Part shown: piece after piece, positions 8,788 through 19,042 of the stretch | Numbering within the stretch: the stretch's first letter is position 1 | Layout of the letters: each line of letters opens with the position of its first letter | Program-made: the position numbers and the translations under genes | Source: Smithella sp. | Lineage (GTDB): Bacteria; Desulfobacterota; Syntrophia; Syntrophales; Smithellaceae | NCBI GenBank assembly: GCA_049664145.1 | Contig: JBATES010000252.1 | Coordinates: 3,371 to 67,370 of the forward strand | Direction of reading: 5' to 3' | Length of the DNA: 64,000 nucleotides | The notes under the pieces: model-generated | Databases searched by the model: none | What the model was told of the DNA's origin: nothing | Seen by the model: only the letters and a program-made list of their open reading frames with translations

Positions 8788-9459
8788 ATGGAGCCCCTGA
8801 TTTTTTTTCATACGACTTGGCTAAAAAACTATGGCATTGACATGACAATTGTCTTTAATACTTTGTTTGTGGTTCTCCTGCTGGCGATCCTTTCATTTAT
8901 GGCAACCAGGCGACTTCAGGTTTATCCGGGACAAACACAAAATGTTATGGAAGTTGTTATCAGCGGATTCGATTCTCTTCTGAATGACATTATGGGACAC
9001 AATGGCCGAAAATTCTTCCCTCTGATTGCAACGCTTGGGCTATTCATTCTGACATCGAATCTTATTGGTCTCGTACCCGGTTTCGAATCTCCGACATCGA
9101 ACATCAACACGAACGCTGCAATGGCCCTTATTGTTTTCCTATCCACTCACGTCGTTGGCGTAAAGGAACACGGATTAAAATATTTTAAACAGTTTATGGG
9201 ACCTGTGGGGTGGTTGACTCCGTTGATGCTACCCATAGAAATCATCAGCCACATATCTAGACCGCTCTCCCTTACCTTCCGGTTGTTCGGTAATATTAAG
9301 GGTGAAGACATCGTTCTGCTGGTCGTTCTTTTCCTGGTTCCCTATTTTGTTCCGCTACCTGTCTTCATACTGATGGTTTTCACATCTTTGGTTCAGACAC
9401 TTGTTTTCATGCTCCTGGCTATGATGTACATAGCAGGCGCGATGGAAGAAGGTCATTAA
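8788..9459 (+). CDS. atpB: F0F1 ATP synthase subunit a
   Basis: Conserved stator Arg region [14 protein letters not shown], multiple TM helices, 223 aa. Confidence 0.9.
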   Translation: MEPLIFFHTTWLKNYGIDMTIVFNTLFVVLLLAILSFMATRRLQVYPGQTQNVMEVVISGFDSLLNDIMGHNGRKFFPLIATLGLFILTSNLIGLVPGFESPTSNINTNAAMALIVFLSTHVVGVKEHGLKYFKQFMGPVGWLTPLMLPIEIISHISRPLSLTFRLFGNIKGEDIVLLVVLFLVPYFVPLPVFILMVFTSLVQTLVFMLLAMMYIAGAMEEGH

Positions 9460-9484
9460 TTCCGGCTTCTGATTGTATTTCTTC

Positions 9485-9531
9485 CGGCGGGAAATCACAT
9501 TCACGATGACGTGATTTCCCGCCGTTTTTTT
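9485..9531 (+). terminator. Strong intrinsic terminator after atpB
   Basis: Perfect 14-bp stem CGGCGGGAAATCAC / GTGATTTCCCGCCG, a 12-nt loop, then TTTTTTT. Confidence 0.85.
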
Positions 9532-9661
9532 CAAATATTTTTTATTAAAAAAAGAAGCCTTTTAAATTTTTCAAATTATTTTAAGCCGAAACTTGACGAT
9601 TGGAACAAATCGTAATATCTCATCTAACAATATTTGATTGGTTTGAGTTAAATTATAAATT

Positions 9662-12600
9662 ATGTTTACTTTAGGAATCAACATAGGCTCTTCCAGCATT
9701 AAAGTTCTATTGCTAGATGGAGATCATATTGTCGGAAAGAAAGTGGAATCCCACGAGGGTGACTTTCTTCAAACACTAAAGAACATCCTGTCTCAACTCA
9801 ATATTCCGCCGGAAACCAGAACGCTTGCCACGGGAACCGAAGGCAGACATTTATTGAATGTCAACGGCGTCATCGAACCGCTGTGTATTGAGGAAGCTCT
9901 TCGTCATCTTCATTATCAAGTAGATGCGCTGGTTTCGCTCGGTGGTGAAGACCTTGTGGTTTATACGATCGATGAAAATCAAAGAATCATCACGAGCTTT
10001 TCCGGAAACAAGTGCGCCTCCGGAACAGGTGAATTTTTCAAACAGCAACTGGCCAGAATGGACATGAACCTTGATGATGTTCATACCATCCCTGATGACA
10101 GTAAAGTCTTGAAACTTTCTTCACGCTGTTCCGTCTTTATGAAAAGCGACTGCACACATCGTTTGAATAAAGGTGAAGCCTGCAGAGGTGACATTGTCTT
10201 GTCGTTAAGCGATGTCACGGCCACGAAAGTCATTGACTTCATCAAAAAGGCCAGAATAGCCCATAAGAAATTGCTGCTGGTTGGCGGTGTCACGGACAAC
10301 AAACATCTGATCCGATTTATTCAAGAACGTATGCCGGAAAATGAATTTATTGTTCCCGATCAGGCGACATACTTTGAAGCATACGGAGCAGCTTTGTTGG
10401 CAAGAACGTCCGGCAGTCCGTTCCCCTCTCCTGAAAAATTGTTCAAGCCCCATGCCGTTCAGTTCAAAAGATTCCAGAGCCTCAAAACGGCGGAAGGAAA
10501 AGTCACATACCTTGAATCCCACAAAGCAAAAGTCACCGCAGGGAAAGAATACATTCTGGGGGTGGACGGTGGGTCAACCACAACCAAAGCCTGCCTGATT
10601 GACATGGAAACCAACGAAATAACCGCCTCTTTTTATGGAAGAACACATGGAGACCCGGTCAAGGCGTTGAAAAATTGCTTCATCGAAATGCAGAAGCAAA
10701 TTAAAGAAGACACAGGTAATGACAAAATAAAGATTACGCTGGCGGCAACCACCGGTTCTTCCAGAGAACTGCTGGGCGTGTTTCTGGAAACGCCGGCTGT
10801 ATATAATGAAATTATTGCTCATGCGGTCGGCACGACTTTTTATAAAGAAAATATCGATACCATCTTCGAAATCGGCGGACAGGACGCCAAATATGTACAC
10901 TTGAAAAATAAAGTCCCTATTGATTACGCCATGAATGAGGCCTGTTCCGCCGGTACGGGCTCTTTTCTGGAAGAGTCAGCCCAGGGCGATTTAAATATTC
11001 ATCATGCCCGGGAAATCGGAGATATCGCTCTAGGGGCCACTGAGCCCTTAAAGTTTGGCGAACACTGTTCCGCCTTCATTAATTCCGATGTCCGCAAAGC
11101 CATCCAACAGGGGGCATCGCGCGAAGATATTACGGCGGGCATCGTCACCTCCATCGTTTCCAATTATCTCAACCGTGTTGTGGGCAACAGAACAATCGGA
11201 GAAAATATTGTCCTACAGGGAGGTGTGGCCAAAAACAAAGCGATTCCTCTGGCTTTTGCCATGTTGCTGAATAAAAATATTGTGGTGCCTCCCGACCCCG
11301 AACTGATGGGTTGTTTCGGCGTGGGTATGCTGGCCAAGCAGAAATTGCAGGAAGGATTGCTGACCACGTCGGAATATGACCTGGAAAAAATTTTGACCAC
11401 AGATATTACGTATGAAAAGGATTTTCAATGTAAATCCTGCGATAATTTCTGCCCTATCCGCATTTTGAAGGTCAATGATCACAAATATATGTTCGGCGGG
11501 CGTTGCAATAAATACACGAATATCCGGAAAAAGAATATTTTTAATGAAACGGAAGTTGTGGATTATATTGAAAAGCGCAACGATATCCTTTTCAATCAGT
11601 GCGCTCCTGACCCTCAAACCCTGATCCGGAAGAAAGATTGTATTGTCGGCATTCCGAAGTGTTTTTCGTTCTATACGCTCTGGCCTTTATATTCATGGTT
11701 CTTCCATGCTCTGGGCGTGGAAACACAGGTGTCCGAATCCATCTCTCATGAAGGAACAGCACGCGTGGAAAGTAATTATTGTTTTCCCGCGGAAATCGCT
11801 CACGGTGTTGTACAGGACATAGCAGACCGGAAGACCGATTATATTTTTCTCCCTCATTTCAAGGATATGGAAAGCTACGAAAAAAATGCGCCGGCCAGTT
11901 TCTGTCCGATCACGCAAAGTCTGCCCTATTACATTAAAAAAGCATTTCCTGAAATTCCTGAAGAAAAATATTTAATGCCGGTGGTCAGTTTTATGTATGG
12001 ACCGGAGAAAGCCGGCGAAGCGTTTATTGCCGTAGGTGAAAAACTGGGATTCCACGCCACGGAAACGAGGAAAGCCTTTGATGCGGCTTATGCGAAACAA
12101 ATGGAATGTTTCGCTCGATTTGCCGAACTGGGCATCCAGGCTTTAGCCGAAGCCCGTCAGTCCGGAAGACCGGTTATCGCCATTCTGGGAAGGCCCTATA
12201 ACTCCTTTACAACCGATGCCAATATGGGCATACCCCGCAAATATACATCCCGCGGTTTTTCGGTTATTCCCTATGACATTCTTCCCTTTGAAGATCAGCC
12301 CATTTATCCGAACATGTACTGGTATTACGGGCAGCAGGATATGAAAACCGCTTCTCTTTTGAAAAGCGAAGACAATATTTTCGTGACTTACATTTCGAAC
12401 TTTTCCTGCGCGCCTGATTCCTTCATGCTGCATTATCTGAAATGGATTATGGGCGTGAAACCCTTCCTGATCCTGGAACTGGATTCTCATACCGCCGATG
12501 CCGGTGTCGATACACGCATTGAAGCCTTTCTGGACATCATAGAAGGGTATCGCTCGAAGATCACCGAAATCCGTGAAGAACGCTATGATAACCATTTGCG

Positions 12601-13927
12601 TTTCATTAATCATCCGGATGAAGAGATTCACATCAAAAATATCGGCACCGGAGAGAAAATCCCGATCAAAAACAATCCCCGCGTTAAATTGCTGTTATCC
12701 AATATGGGGAGACTTTCCGCAGAACTGGTGGGCGCGGCCATTCGCGGCTTTGGAATTAACGCGGAAACGCTGCCTGTTCCTGATATCTACACGCTGCAAA
12801 TGGCGCGCAATCACGCTTCAGGGAAAGAATGTCTTCCTTCGCATCTCGTTCTGGGAAGCGTTCTTAAATATCTTTCATCGGACCAATACCGCAAGGATGA
12901 AATCTATCTGGTCTTTGTTCCCACGACGACCGGCCCCTGCCGCACCGGACAATATTTTGTTTTTTATGAAAATCTCTTCAGAGATTTGCGCAAGGAAAAT
13001 GTCGTCATTATTACATTGGACGCCGATAATTCCTACAACGAGCTGGGCAACGATTTTTCCAAATATGCGTGGTGGGCCGTTGTTATCGGCGATTATATGA
13101 AAGACATCGAAACATCGCTCCGCACCTGCGCTGAAAATCCCGAAAAAGCTTTAATGGAATATAATCAAATCTGGCAGAAAATGATTCATGTGGCGGAGCA
13201 GGATATCACCAAAATATTGCCGGTCCTCAAGGAAATATCCGCTGATATCGCTAAAATTCCCTTAAAGAAAAAAATGGGAAAATGCCCTAAGATATTGATT
13301 GTTGGGGAGATTTACGTCCGGCGCGATGATTTTGCCGTCGATGAATTAATCAGGCATTTCAGCCGTCACGGCATTATCGGTAAAGTCTCCAATGTTGCCG
13401 AGTGGCTTTATTATTGTGACTTTGTGCGTCATTACGAGCTCAAAAAACGCCTGGCTCTGATTCCGCGTTACCGGCAGGTTTTCACAAGCGAGTTTAAGGA
13501 TATTGTGCAGTGGAAAATTGAACACGCTTATAAAAAGAAAATTGAAAAAGATATTCGCGATGCGCTGTCCAAAACCGGCTTAATTCCCGACTCCCCTCAT
13601 AATATGGAAGAAATTATGGGCAATACTGAAAAGCATTTCGTCGATAATGAACTTTTTTCTGAAATCAGCATTTCCAGCGGTGTGGCCGCCACAGCGATGA
13701 TGGATGGTTATTCCGGCATTGTCAATATCTCCCCCTTTGCCTGTCTGATCGGTCGGGTCATCGAAGGCGTTCTGACTCCCTGGGCCAGGGAAAGAAAATA
13801 TCCGACGATTTCCATTGAAATTGACGGAAATCTTTTGCCGCCCAATGTGATCAACAAACTGGAGATATTCATGCTCAACGTGCTGCGATTTAGAACCGAC
13901 AAAGATGTCAGCAATATGCTGGAATAA
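9662..13927 (+). CDS. Fused BadF/BadG/BcrA/BcrD-type double ATPase (activase) plus 2-hydroxyacyl-CoA-dehydratase-like domain protein, 1421 aa
   Basis: Two actin-fold ATPase modules (LGINIGSSSIK..., ILGVDGGSTTTK...). Each carries the activase cluster cysteines (NKCASGTG/SRCSVFM and EACSAGTG/EHCSAFI). A CxxCxxxC...C motif lies at nt 11429-11506, followed by a long dehydratase-like C-terminal region. Confidence 0.85.
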   Translation: MFTLGINIGSSSIKVLLLDGDHIVGKKVESHEGDFLQTLKNILSQLNIPPETRTLATGTEGRHLLNVNGVIEPLCIEEALRHLHYQVDALVSLGGEDLVVYTIDENQRIITSFSGNKCASGTGEFFKQQLARMDMNLDDVHTIPDDSKVLKLSSRCSVFMKSDCTHRLNKGEACRGDIVLSLSDVTATKVIDFIKKARIAHKKLLLVGGVTDNKHLIRFIQERMPENEFIVPDQATYFEAYGAALLARTSGSPFPSPEKLFKPHAVQFKRFQSLKTAEGKVTYLESHKAKVTAGKEYILGVDGGSTTTKACLIDMETNEITASFYGRTHGDPVKALKNCFIEMQKQIKEDTGNDKIKITLAATTGSSRELLGVFLETPAVYNEIIAHAVGTTFYKENIDTIFEIGGQDAKYVHLKNKVPIDYAMNEACSAGTGSFLEESAQGDLNIHHAREIGDIALGATEPLKFGEHCSAFINSDVRKAIQQGASREDITAGIVTSIVSNYLNRVVGNRTIGENIVLQGGVAKNKAIPLAFAMLLNKNIVVPPDPELMGCFGVGMLAKQKLQEGLLTTSEYDLEKILTTDITYEKDFQCKSCDNFCPIRILKVNDHKYMFGGRCNKYTNIRKKNIFNETEVVDYIEKRNDILFNQCAPDPQTLIRKKDCIVGIPKCFSFYTLWPLYSWFFHALGVETQVSESISHEGTARVESNYCFPAEIAHGVVQDIADRKTDYIFLPHFKDMESYEKNAPASFCPITQSLPYYIKKAFPEIPEEKYLMPVVSFMYGPEKAGEAFIAVGEKLGFHATETRKAFDAAYAKQMECFARFAELGIQALAEARQSGRPVIAILGRPYNSFTTDANMGIPRKYTSRGFSVIPYDILPFEDQPIYPNMYWYYGQQDMKTASLLKSEDNIFVTYISNFSCAPDSFMLHYLKWIMGVKPFLILELDSHTADAGVDTRIEAFLDIIEGYRSKITEIREERYDNHLRFINHPDEEIHIKNIGTGEKIPIKNNPRVKLLLSNMGRLSAELVGAAIRGFGINAETLPVPDIYTLQMARNHASGKECLPSHLVLGSVLKYLSSDQYRKDEIYLVFVPTTTGPCRTGQYFVFYENLFRDLRKENVVIITLDADNSYNELGNDFSKYAWWAVVIGDYMKDIETSLRTCAENPEKALMEYNQIWQKMIHVAEQDITKILPVLKEISADIAKIPLKKKMGKCPKILIVGEIYVRRDDFAVDELIRHFSRHGIIGKVSNVAEWLYYCDFVRHYELKKRLALIPRYRQVFTSEFKDIVQWKIEHAYKKKIEKDIRDALSKTGLIPDSPHNMEEIMGNTEKHFVDNELFSEISISSGVAATAMMDGYSGIVNISPFACLIGRVIEGVLTPWARERKYPTISIEIDGNLLPPNVINKLEIFMLNVLRFRTDKDVSNMLE

Positions 13928-13942
13928 TCAAAGGGATCTCCA

Positions 13943-14536
13943 TTGACTATACAAAAGAATATGACCGGAATCATTTTGTCAGGCGGGAAAAATTCCCGGA
14001 TGGGATTGAACAAGGCTTTTCTTGAGATTAACGGAGTTCGCCTGATTGATCATATCTTATCCGTCTATCGAAAAATATTTTCTGAAATCATCATCGTGAC
14101 CAACGAGCCTCTGGCCTACACCGGCATTCCCGATACGATGATTGTCACGGATATTTATAAAGGCAAAGGTTCTTTGGGCGGTATTTATACCGGGTTATTT
14201 TACGCCCGGCACGATTACGCTTTCGTCGCCGCCTGCGACATGCCCTCTTTAAATATCGATTTTATCCTTTTTATGATAGAGCAGATCGGCAAATACGAAA
14301 TCGTCGTACCGGAGCTTCCCGAGGGATTTCAGGCCCTGCACGCCATTTACTCACGCCGCTGCCTTCCCGCCATTAAAAGGATGATCTTAGCCGATAAGCT
14401 TAAAATTTCCGGACTGTTTAAAGATATCCGTTCGTTAAAAATCACTGAAGACAAAATTAAGCCCTTCAATCAGGACGGACGCCTTTTTCTCAATCTCAAT
14501 ACGCCGGAAGATTTACATTCATCCGCTTTGCTGTGA
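13943..14536 (+). CDS. mobA: Molybdenum cofactor guanylyltransferase
   Basis: GIILSGGKNSRMG..NKAFL motif, ACDMP motif. Start is uncertain (TTG 13943 or ATG 13961). Confidence 0.85.
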   Translation: MTIQKNMTGIILSGGKNSRMGLNKAFLEINGVRLIDHILSVYRKIFSEIIIVTNEPLAYTGIPDTMIVTDIYKGKGSLGGIYTGLFYARHDYAFVAACDMPSLNIDFILFMIEQIGKYEIVVPELPEGFQALHAIYSRRCLPAIKRMILADKLKISGLFKDIRSLKITEDKIKPFNQDGRLFLNLNTPEDLHSSALL

Positions 14537-14538
14537 TG

Positions 14539-15258
14539 CTATTTTTTCAGAGAAACGGGTTGAAGCCATTTTTGCTTGTCGCCATCATAATACCATTTAT
14601 CGGGAAAGCCCCGACGTTTGATAAAGACGGGATGATCGGCCCAGCACAGAAGTTCTTTATAGGCCGTGTGAATTTTCCTGAAGGTTGCCGCGTGTCCGCC
14701 GAGATCGGGATGATGAATTTTGACTTGTCGTCTGTAAGCAGATTTGATAATTTTGCTTAATTCGTGCGAATGAAGATCAGTCTTGTCTATTTGCAGACAT
14801 TTCAACAAATCCAGTTTTATGGTAGGAATCCGCATTAATTTGGGTCGCTGTAAGCCGTCCGCAATCGCGTGACGCGTCGCCAGTTTCAGAACATAAAGCG
14901 ACGCAACATAGTTTCTGTTCGTGCGATTTGATTCCGTCCACCATGCCTCACCAAGTTTATTAGTCATGATGTGGAAATCCGTGGCCGGATTATTGCCTTC
15001 CTTTCGTTTGTCGACATAACGAAATATTTCCTTGAATCCATGAGGTACGATATCGAGAATAATCCTGGTGTCGGAAAAATAAAACATGGCGTAACGGGTG
15101 TTTAACGTTTGCAACAGACCGCTTTTCATGTTCAGTTTTTGCCGCAAATGCTGACGGCATTTCACTGAACAGTAACGACGGTTTTTAATATTTTTTGTCG
15201 TGCCGCAGGAAAGGCAGCAATTCTTTTTTTGATTCTGATCGTTGACTTTAACTAACAT
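14539..15258 (-). CDS. Uncharacterised protein with N-terminal Cys4 zinc-ribbon and C-terminal J-domain
   Basis: CCLSCG...YCSVKC (TRASH/zinc-ribbon-like) at residues 14-34. J-domain helices II/III with HPD (IKSAYRRQVKIHHPDLGGHAATFRKIHTAYKELL) at residues about 165-205. No clear SD sequence. Confidence 0.7.
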   Translation of the reverse strand: MLVKVNDQNQKKNCCLSCGTTKNIKNRRYCSVKCRQHLRQKLNMKSGLLQTLNTRYAMFYFSDTRIILDIVPHGFKEIFRYVDKRKEGNNPATDFHIMTNKLGEAWWTESNRTNRNYVASLYVLKLATRHAIADGLQRPKLMRIPTIKLDLLKCLQIDKTDLHSHELSKIIKSAYRRQVKIHHPDLGGHAATFRKIHTAYKELLCWADHPVFIKRRGFPDKWYYDGDKQKWLQPVSLKK

Positions 15259-15269
15259 TCTAAAATGAA

Positions 15270-15306
15270 ATACAGCCTGTCCGTATTTTCATAGAACAGG
15301 CTGTAT
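15270..15306 (-). terminator. Hairpin after cam (probable terminator)
   Basis: Perfect 11-bp stem ATACAGCCTGT / ACAGGCTGTAT with a 15-nt loop. On the minus strand it is followed by TTCATTTTA. Confidence 0.55.
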
Positions 15307-15325
15307 TTGTCTGTTCCTTCAAAAA

Positions 15326-15940
15326 TTATGATTTGGCCGCCAGATACCCCTTGGCCAATGCCTTATTCACGTGCAGAACGCCCTTGTTCATTTCCTTCAT
15401 TGGATAATCCGCCGTGATCACGGGCAGAGCATCCGCGTCAGCCTGCGTTTTAATAATGGATCCGGCCGGCACATAACGGCCATCCGCCACCTTCACGCCC
15501 ATTAAAATCGCGCCGGGCTCAATGACACAGTTTTTCCCCACAAAGGATTTGAACACCAGCACTTTCATGCCCACAAAGGTATCATCCATCACCACCGCCG
15601 GTCCATGAATCTGAACCTGATGCGCCAGTGAAATTCGTTTGCCGACGTAAACCGCGTATTTTTGACCTTCGACTTCCATCAGATTTTTCTCCACCGGTTT
15701 GCCGTCAAGTTCGGTTTCCAGAGCGTGAATGACGACGCCATCCTGCACATTGGAATCGTCACCGACATGGAGCGGTTGGCCCTCGTCGCCGCGCACACAA
15801 GCAGTTGGAGCAACCATAACGTTATTGCCCAGCATGACGTTACCGATAACCGCGGCCAGCGGATGCACAAAGGTACCGGCGCCGATAACCGGCTCGGATA
15901 TTTTTGAACTGAAATCTGTTTTTACATTTTTCTCAATCAT
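15326..15940 (-). CDS. cam: Gamma-class carbonic anhydrase, Cam type
   Basis: Left-handed beta-helix protein closely resembling Methanosarcina Cam as I recall it (VRGDEG, NVQDGVVIHALE, SLAHQVQIHGP). ATG 15940 is preceded by GGAGG and overlaps the coaE stop (ATGA). Confidence 0.85.
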   Translation of the reverse strand: MIEKNVKTDFSSKISEPVIGAGTFVHPLAAVIGNVMLGNNVMVAPTACVRGDEGQPLHVGDDSNVQDGVVIHALETELDGKPVEKNLMEVEGQKYAVYVGKRISLAHQVQIHGPAVVMDDTFVGMKVLVFKSFVGKNCVIEPGAILMGVKVADGRYVPAGSIIKTQADADALPVITADYPMKEMNKGVLHVNKALAKGYLAAKS

Positions 15941-16587
15941 TTTTTCCTCCATCTTATGTTTAAACAATCATTTAATTTTTTTTGTTTTTCCAGTTTTAGT
16001 AATTGATGCCATGTTTCTTCAGCGATCTTTTCCGTTTCTAAAATACTTCCCCGGTTGTCAATGACCACATCGGCCAGCGCTTTCTTTTCATGGATGGGCA
16101 TCTGGCTCTTTAATCTCGTCTCGGCTTCATCTCTGCTGATTTTATTCCGTTTGATTAAACGTCTGATTTGTTCTTCCGGATCAATCAGCACCAGCATGGT
16201 CAAATCAAAAAGATGCTGCTTATTGCCCTCAAATAAAAGAGGAATATCCGCAAGCACAATAGCGTGCGCATCTTTTCTTTTTATTTTCTGTAGTCGCGCA
16301 TCCCATTCTCCATAAACAAACGGATGAACGATTTTATTCAGTTCGGCAAGTTTGTTTTGATCATCAAAAACAACCTTGCCCAGTTTGACGCGATCGATGG
16401 TTCCGTCATCAGCAAGAATCGCCTTCCCAAAACAATCAACAATTTTCTGCCACGCCGGCTTTCCCTTTTCCTGAACCCGATGTGCGAGCTTGTCAAAATC
16501 TATCAGGTAAGCCCCTCTTTCCACAAACATTCCGGCTACCGTTGATTTGCCGCAGGCGATACCTCCTGTCAATCCGATATTCAACAT
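15937..16587 (-). CDS. coaE: Dephospho-CoA kinase
   Basis: IGLTGGIACGKST P-loop, 216 aa. Confidence 0.9.
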   Translation of the reverse strand: MLNIGLTGGIACGKSTVAGMFVERGAYLIDFDKLAHRVQEKGKPAWQKIVDCFGKAILADDGTIDRVKLGKVVFDDQNKLAELNKIVHPFVYGEWDARLQKIKRKDAHAIVLADIPLLFEGNKQHLFDLTMLVLIDPEEQIRRLIKRNKISRDEAETRLKSQMPIHEKKALADVVIDNRGSILETEKIAEETWHQLLKLEKQKKLNDCLNIRWRKK

Positions 16588-16590
16588 GCT

Positions 16591-17376
16591 TTATTTCTTG
16601 TTGAGCTCATAGATGATACGCAACCCGTCCAGCGTCAGCATATCTTCTATTTTCTCAATGGTCTTGGTCTCCGGAGCAATGACATTGGCCAGACCACCGG
16701 TTGCAATCACCAGAGGCTTGGTCTTCACTTCAGCTTTCATTCTGTCGACAATGCCGTCCACCAGTCCGGCGTAACCGAACATAATGCCGGCCTGAATGGC
16801 GCTGACCGTATCTTTGGTAATAACTGTTTTCGGCTTGCTGAATTCCACGCGCGGTAATTTGGATGCTCTTTCAAAAAGCGCTTCAATAGAAATAACGATT
16901 CCCGGAGCAATGCAGCCGCCCATATATTCTCCTTTCGGAGAAACATAGTCAAACGTCGTTGCCGTACCGAAATCAACGATGATCGATTCTTTGCGGTATT
17001 TATTATATGCCGCAACAGCGTTGACGATTCGGTCAGCCCCGACTTCTTTGGGATTGTCATAAAAAATAGGCATACCCGTCTTAATGCCCGGCCCCACAAT
17101 CAGAGGTTTCACGTTAAAATACTTAACGCAAAGCGGTTCAAGGATATTGAGCATGGGCGGAACCACACAGGAAATAATGATATCGGTTATTGCCTTGATT
17201 TCTTTTGCCTTCATTCGGCTGGATTGATACAAATTGTAAATCAATACACCATATTCATCTATCGTGTGGTCAATTTCCGTCCGGATACGCCAATCATGCA
17301 GCAAAGTTTCATCATCATAAAGCCCCAGAACCGTGTTGGTGTTGCCCACGTCAATTACTAAAAGCATATCTCTCAC
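16591..17376 (-). CDS. coaX: Type III pantothenate kinase
   Basis: [17 protein letters not shown]-terminus, ADRIVN, IATGG motifs. Confidence 0.9.
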   Translation of the reverse strand: MRDMLLVIDVGNTNTVLGLYDDETLLHDWRIRTEIDHTIDEYGVLIYNLYQSSRMKAKEIKAITDIIISCVVPPMLNILEPLCVKYFNVKPLIVGPGIKTGMPIFYDNPKEVGADRIVNAVAAYNKYRKESIIVDFGTATTFDYVSPKGEYMGGCIAPGIVISIEALFERASKLPRVEFSKPKTVITKDTVSAIQAGIMFGYAGLVDGIVDRMKAEVKTKPLVIATGGLANVIAPETKTIEKIEDMLTLDGLRIIYELNKK

Positions 17377-18179
17377 CTCTTGATTGTAGCGTCTCCCGCC
17401 GAAACTTTTATTTCTTCATTTTTTTCTGTCAGAAGGATCAGGGCGCCATCGTCATCCATGCCTGTCGCCTTCCCTTCCAGCAATTCTTCACCGAATATAA
17501 CCTGAACCGTTTGTCCGATCATCGTCATCATTTTCTGGCACCTGTCTTTAATCGGACCAAATCCATCTTGCAGTAGTTTTTTATACCATTTTTCCAGATT
17601 TTCATAGAGACTAATTATCAATTTCATGCGGGAAATTTTCCCGCCGGTTTCTATCGCCAGGGACGTTGCCGTATCACGAATTTCTTTTGAAAATTCCTTT
17701 TTTTGAAGATTGACATTTATGCCGATTCCCAAAACGATAAAATCTATTTTCTTCCCGGTTAATTTCGCCTGGGAAAGGATTCCACAGACTTTTCGATTAT
17801 GAATCAATACGTCATTCGGCCATTTCATTTTGACATTATCGGGACAATAAGCGTTTAATGTATCGGCAACGGCAACGCCTGCCATGATTGGAATTTGAGA
17901 TGCCTCTGATGATGATATTTCCGGCCTTAAGATTATGGAAGTATAAATATTGGTTCCCGCTGGAGAATTCCAGACTCTCTGAAACCGCCCTTTTCCCCGG
18001 CTCTGTTTGTCGGCAAGCACAACCGTTCCTTCAGGCAATCCGGCAGTCCCCAAAGCAAGGGCTTCGTCATTGGTTGATCCGGTTTCTGAAAAAAAATAAA
18101 TTGGATGACCGAATAATTTCCCCGCAAGTCTGTCTTCCAGTCTCTTCAAATTCCAATCTATATCTTCAGACTTGCTCAT
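17373..18179 (-). CDS. birA: Biotin--[acetyl-CoA-carboxylase] ligase (no N-terminal HTH)
   Basis: [14 protein letters not shown] motif. 4-nt overlap with coaX. Confidence 0.85.
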   Translation of the reverse strand: MSKSEDIDWNLKRLEDRLAGKLFGHPIYFFSETGSTNDEALALGTAGLPEGTVVLADKQSRGKGRFQRVWNSPAGTNIYTSIILRPEISSSEASQIPIMAGVAVADTLNAYCPDNVKMKWPNDVLIHNRKVCGILSQAKLTGKKIDFIVLGIGINVNLQKKEFSKEIRDTATSLAIETGGKISRMKLIISLYENLEKWYKKLLQDGFGPIKDRCQKMMTMIGQTVQVIFGEELLEGKATGMDDDGALILLTEKNEEIKVSAGDATIKR

Positions 18180-18205
18180 AAAAGATTATTATTTTAACGA
18201 AGAAA

Positions 18206-19042
18206 CTAACAGGATGTGATTTTCAGTGAGATATCGGCTGCCTTTACGGAATGCGTGAGAGCGCCAACCGAAATAAAATCAACACCGATTGCTCCGATGC
18301 CGGCAACATTTTGCAGGCTGACATTGCCCGAAGCTTCCAGCAGCGCCCCTCCGGCAACCAGGGCAACCGCTTTTTCCATAATCGGTGTGGTCATGTTATC
18401 CAGCATGATGATTTCGACACCGCAGGTAAGAGCTTCCTTGACTTCTTGGATATTTTTGGTTTCCACTTCAATTTTCATTGGTCGGGAAAGATTTTTTCTG
18501 ACGGCTTCAACCGCAGCAGTGATGCTTCCGGCAGCCTCAATATGATTGTCTTTGATCAGGACGCCATCATACAGACCGATGCGGTGATTGGTGCCTCCGC
18601 CCAGTCGCACAGCCATTTTATCCAAAACGCGCAATCCGGGAACCGTCTTGCGTGTATCCAGAATCTTCGCTCTGGTTCCCCGAAGGGCTTGCACATATTG
18701 CGAGGTCAGTGTGGCAATGCCGCACATGCGCTGCAACAGATTTAAAGAAACTCTTTCCGCCTGTAGAATAGCCGATAAGCTGCCGGATACTTCGGCAAGG
18801 ACATCACCTCGTTTCGCCGGACAGCCGTCTTTGATCAATTTCTTTACTTTGATATTCTGATTGACCGATTTAAAAGTCTCCTCGAAGATATCCATGCCCG
18901 CCATGATGAAATCATCTTTGGCTACAGCAATGGCCCTGCCTTTTTTCCGGCTGTTAACCGTGGAAAGCGTTGTTATATCGCCTGTACCGATATCTTCGCG
19001 CAGAGCGTTCTGAATAATTCTTAATATTTTTTTATCTGTCAC
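18206..19042 (-). CDS. nadC: Nicotinate-nucleotide (quinolinate) pyrophosphorylase
   Basis: ILDTRKTVPGLR...GGGTNHR...IKDNH motifs. 4-nt overlap with the valS stop. Confidence 0.9.
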   Translation of the reverse strand: MTDKKILRIIQNALREDIGTGDITTLSTVNSRKKGRAIAVAKDDFIMAGMDIFEETFKSVNQNIKVKKLIKDGCPAKRGDVLAEVSGSLSAILQAERVSLNLLQRMCGIATLTSQYVQALRGTRAKILDTRKTVPGLRVLDKMAVRLGGGTNHRIGLYDGVLIKDNHIEAAGSITAAVEAVRKNLSRPMKIEVETKNIQEVKEALTCGVEIIMLDNMTTPIMEKAVALVAGGALLEASGNVSLQNVAGIGAIGVDFISVGALTHSVKAADISLKITSC

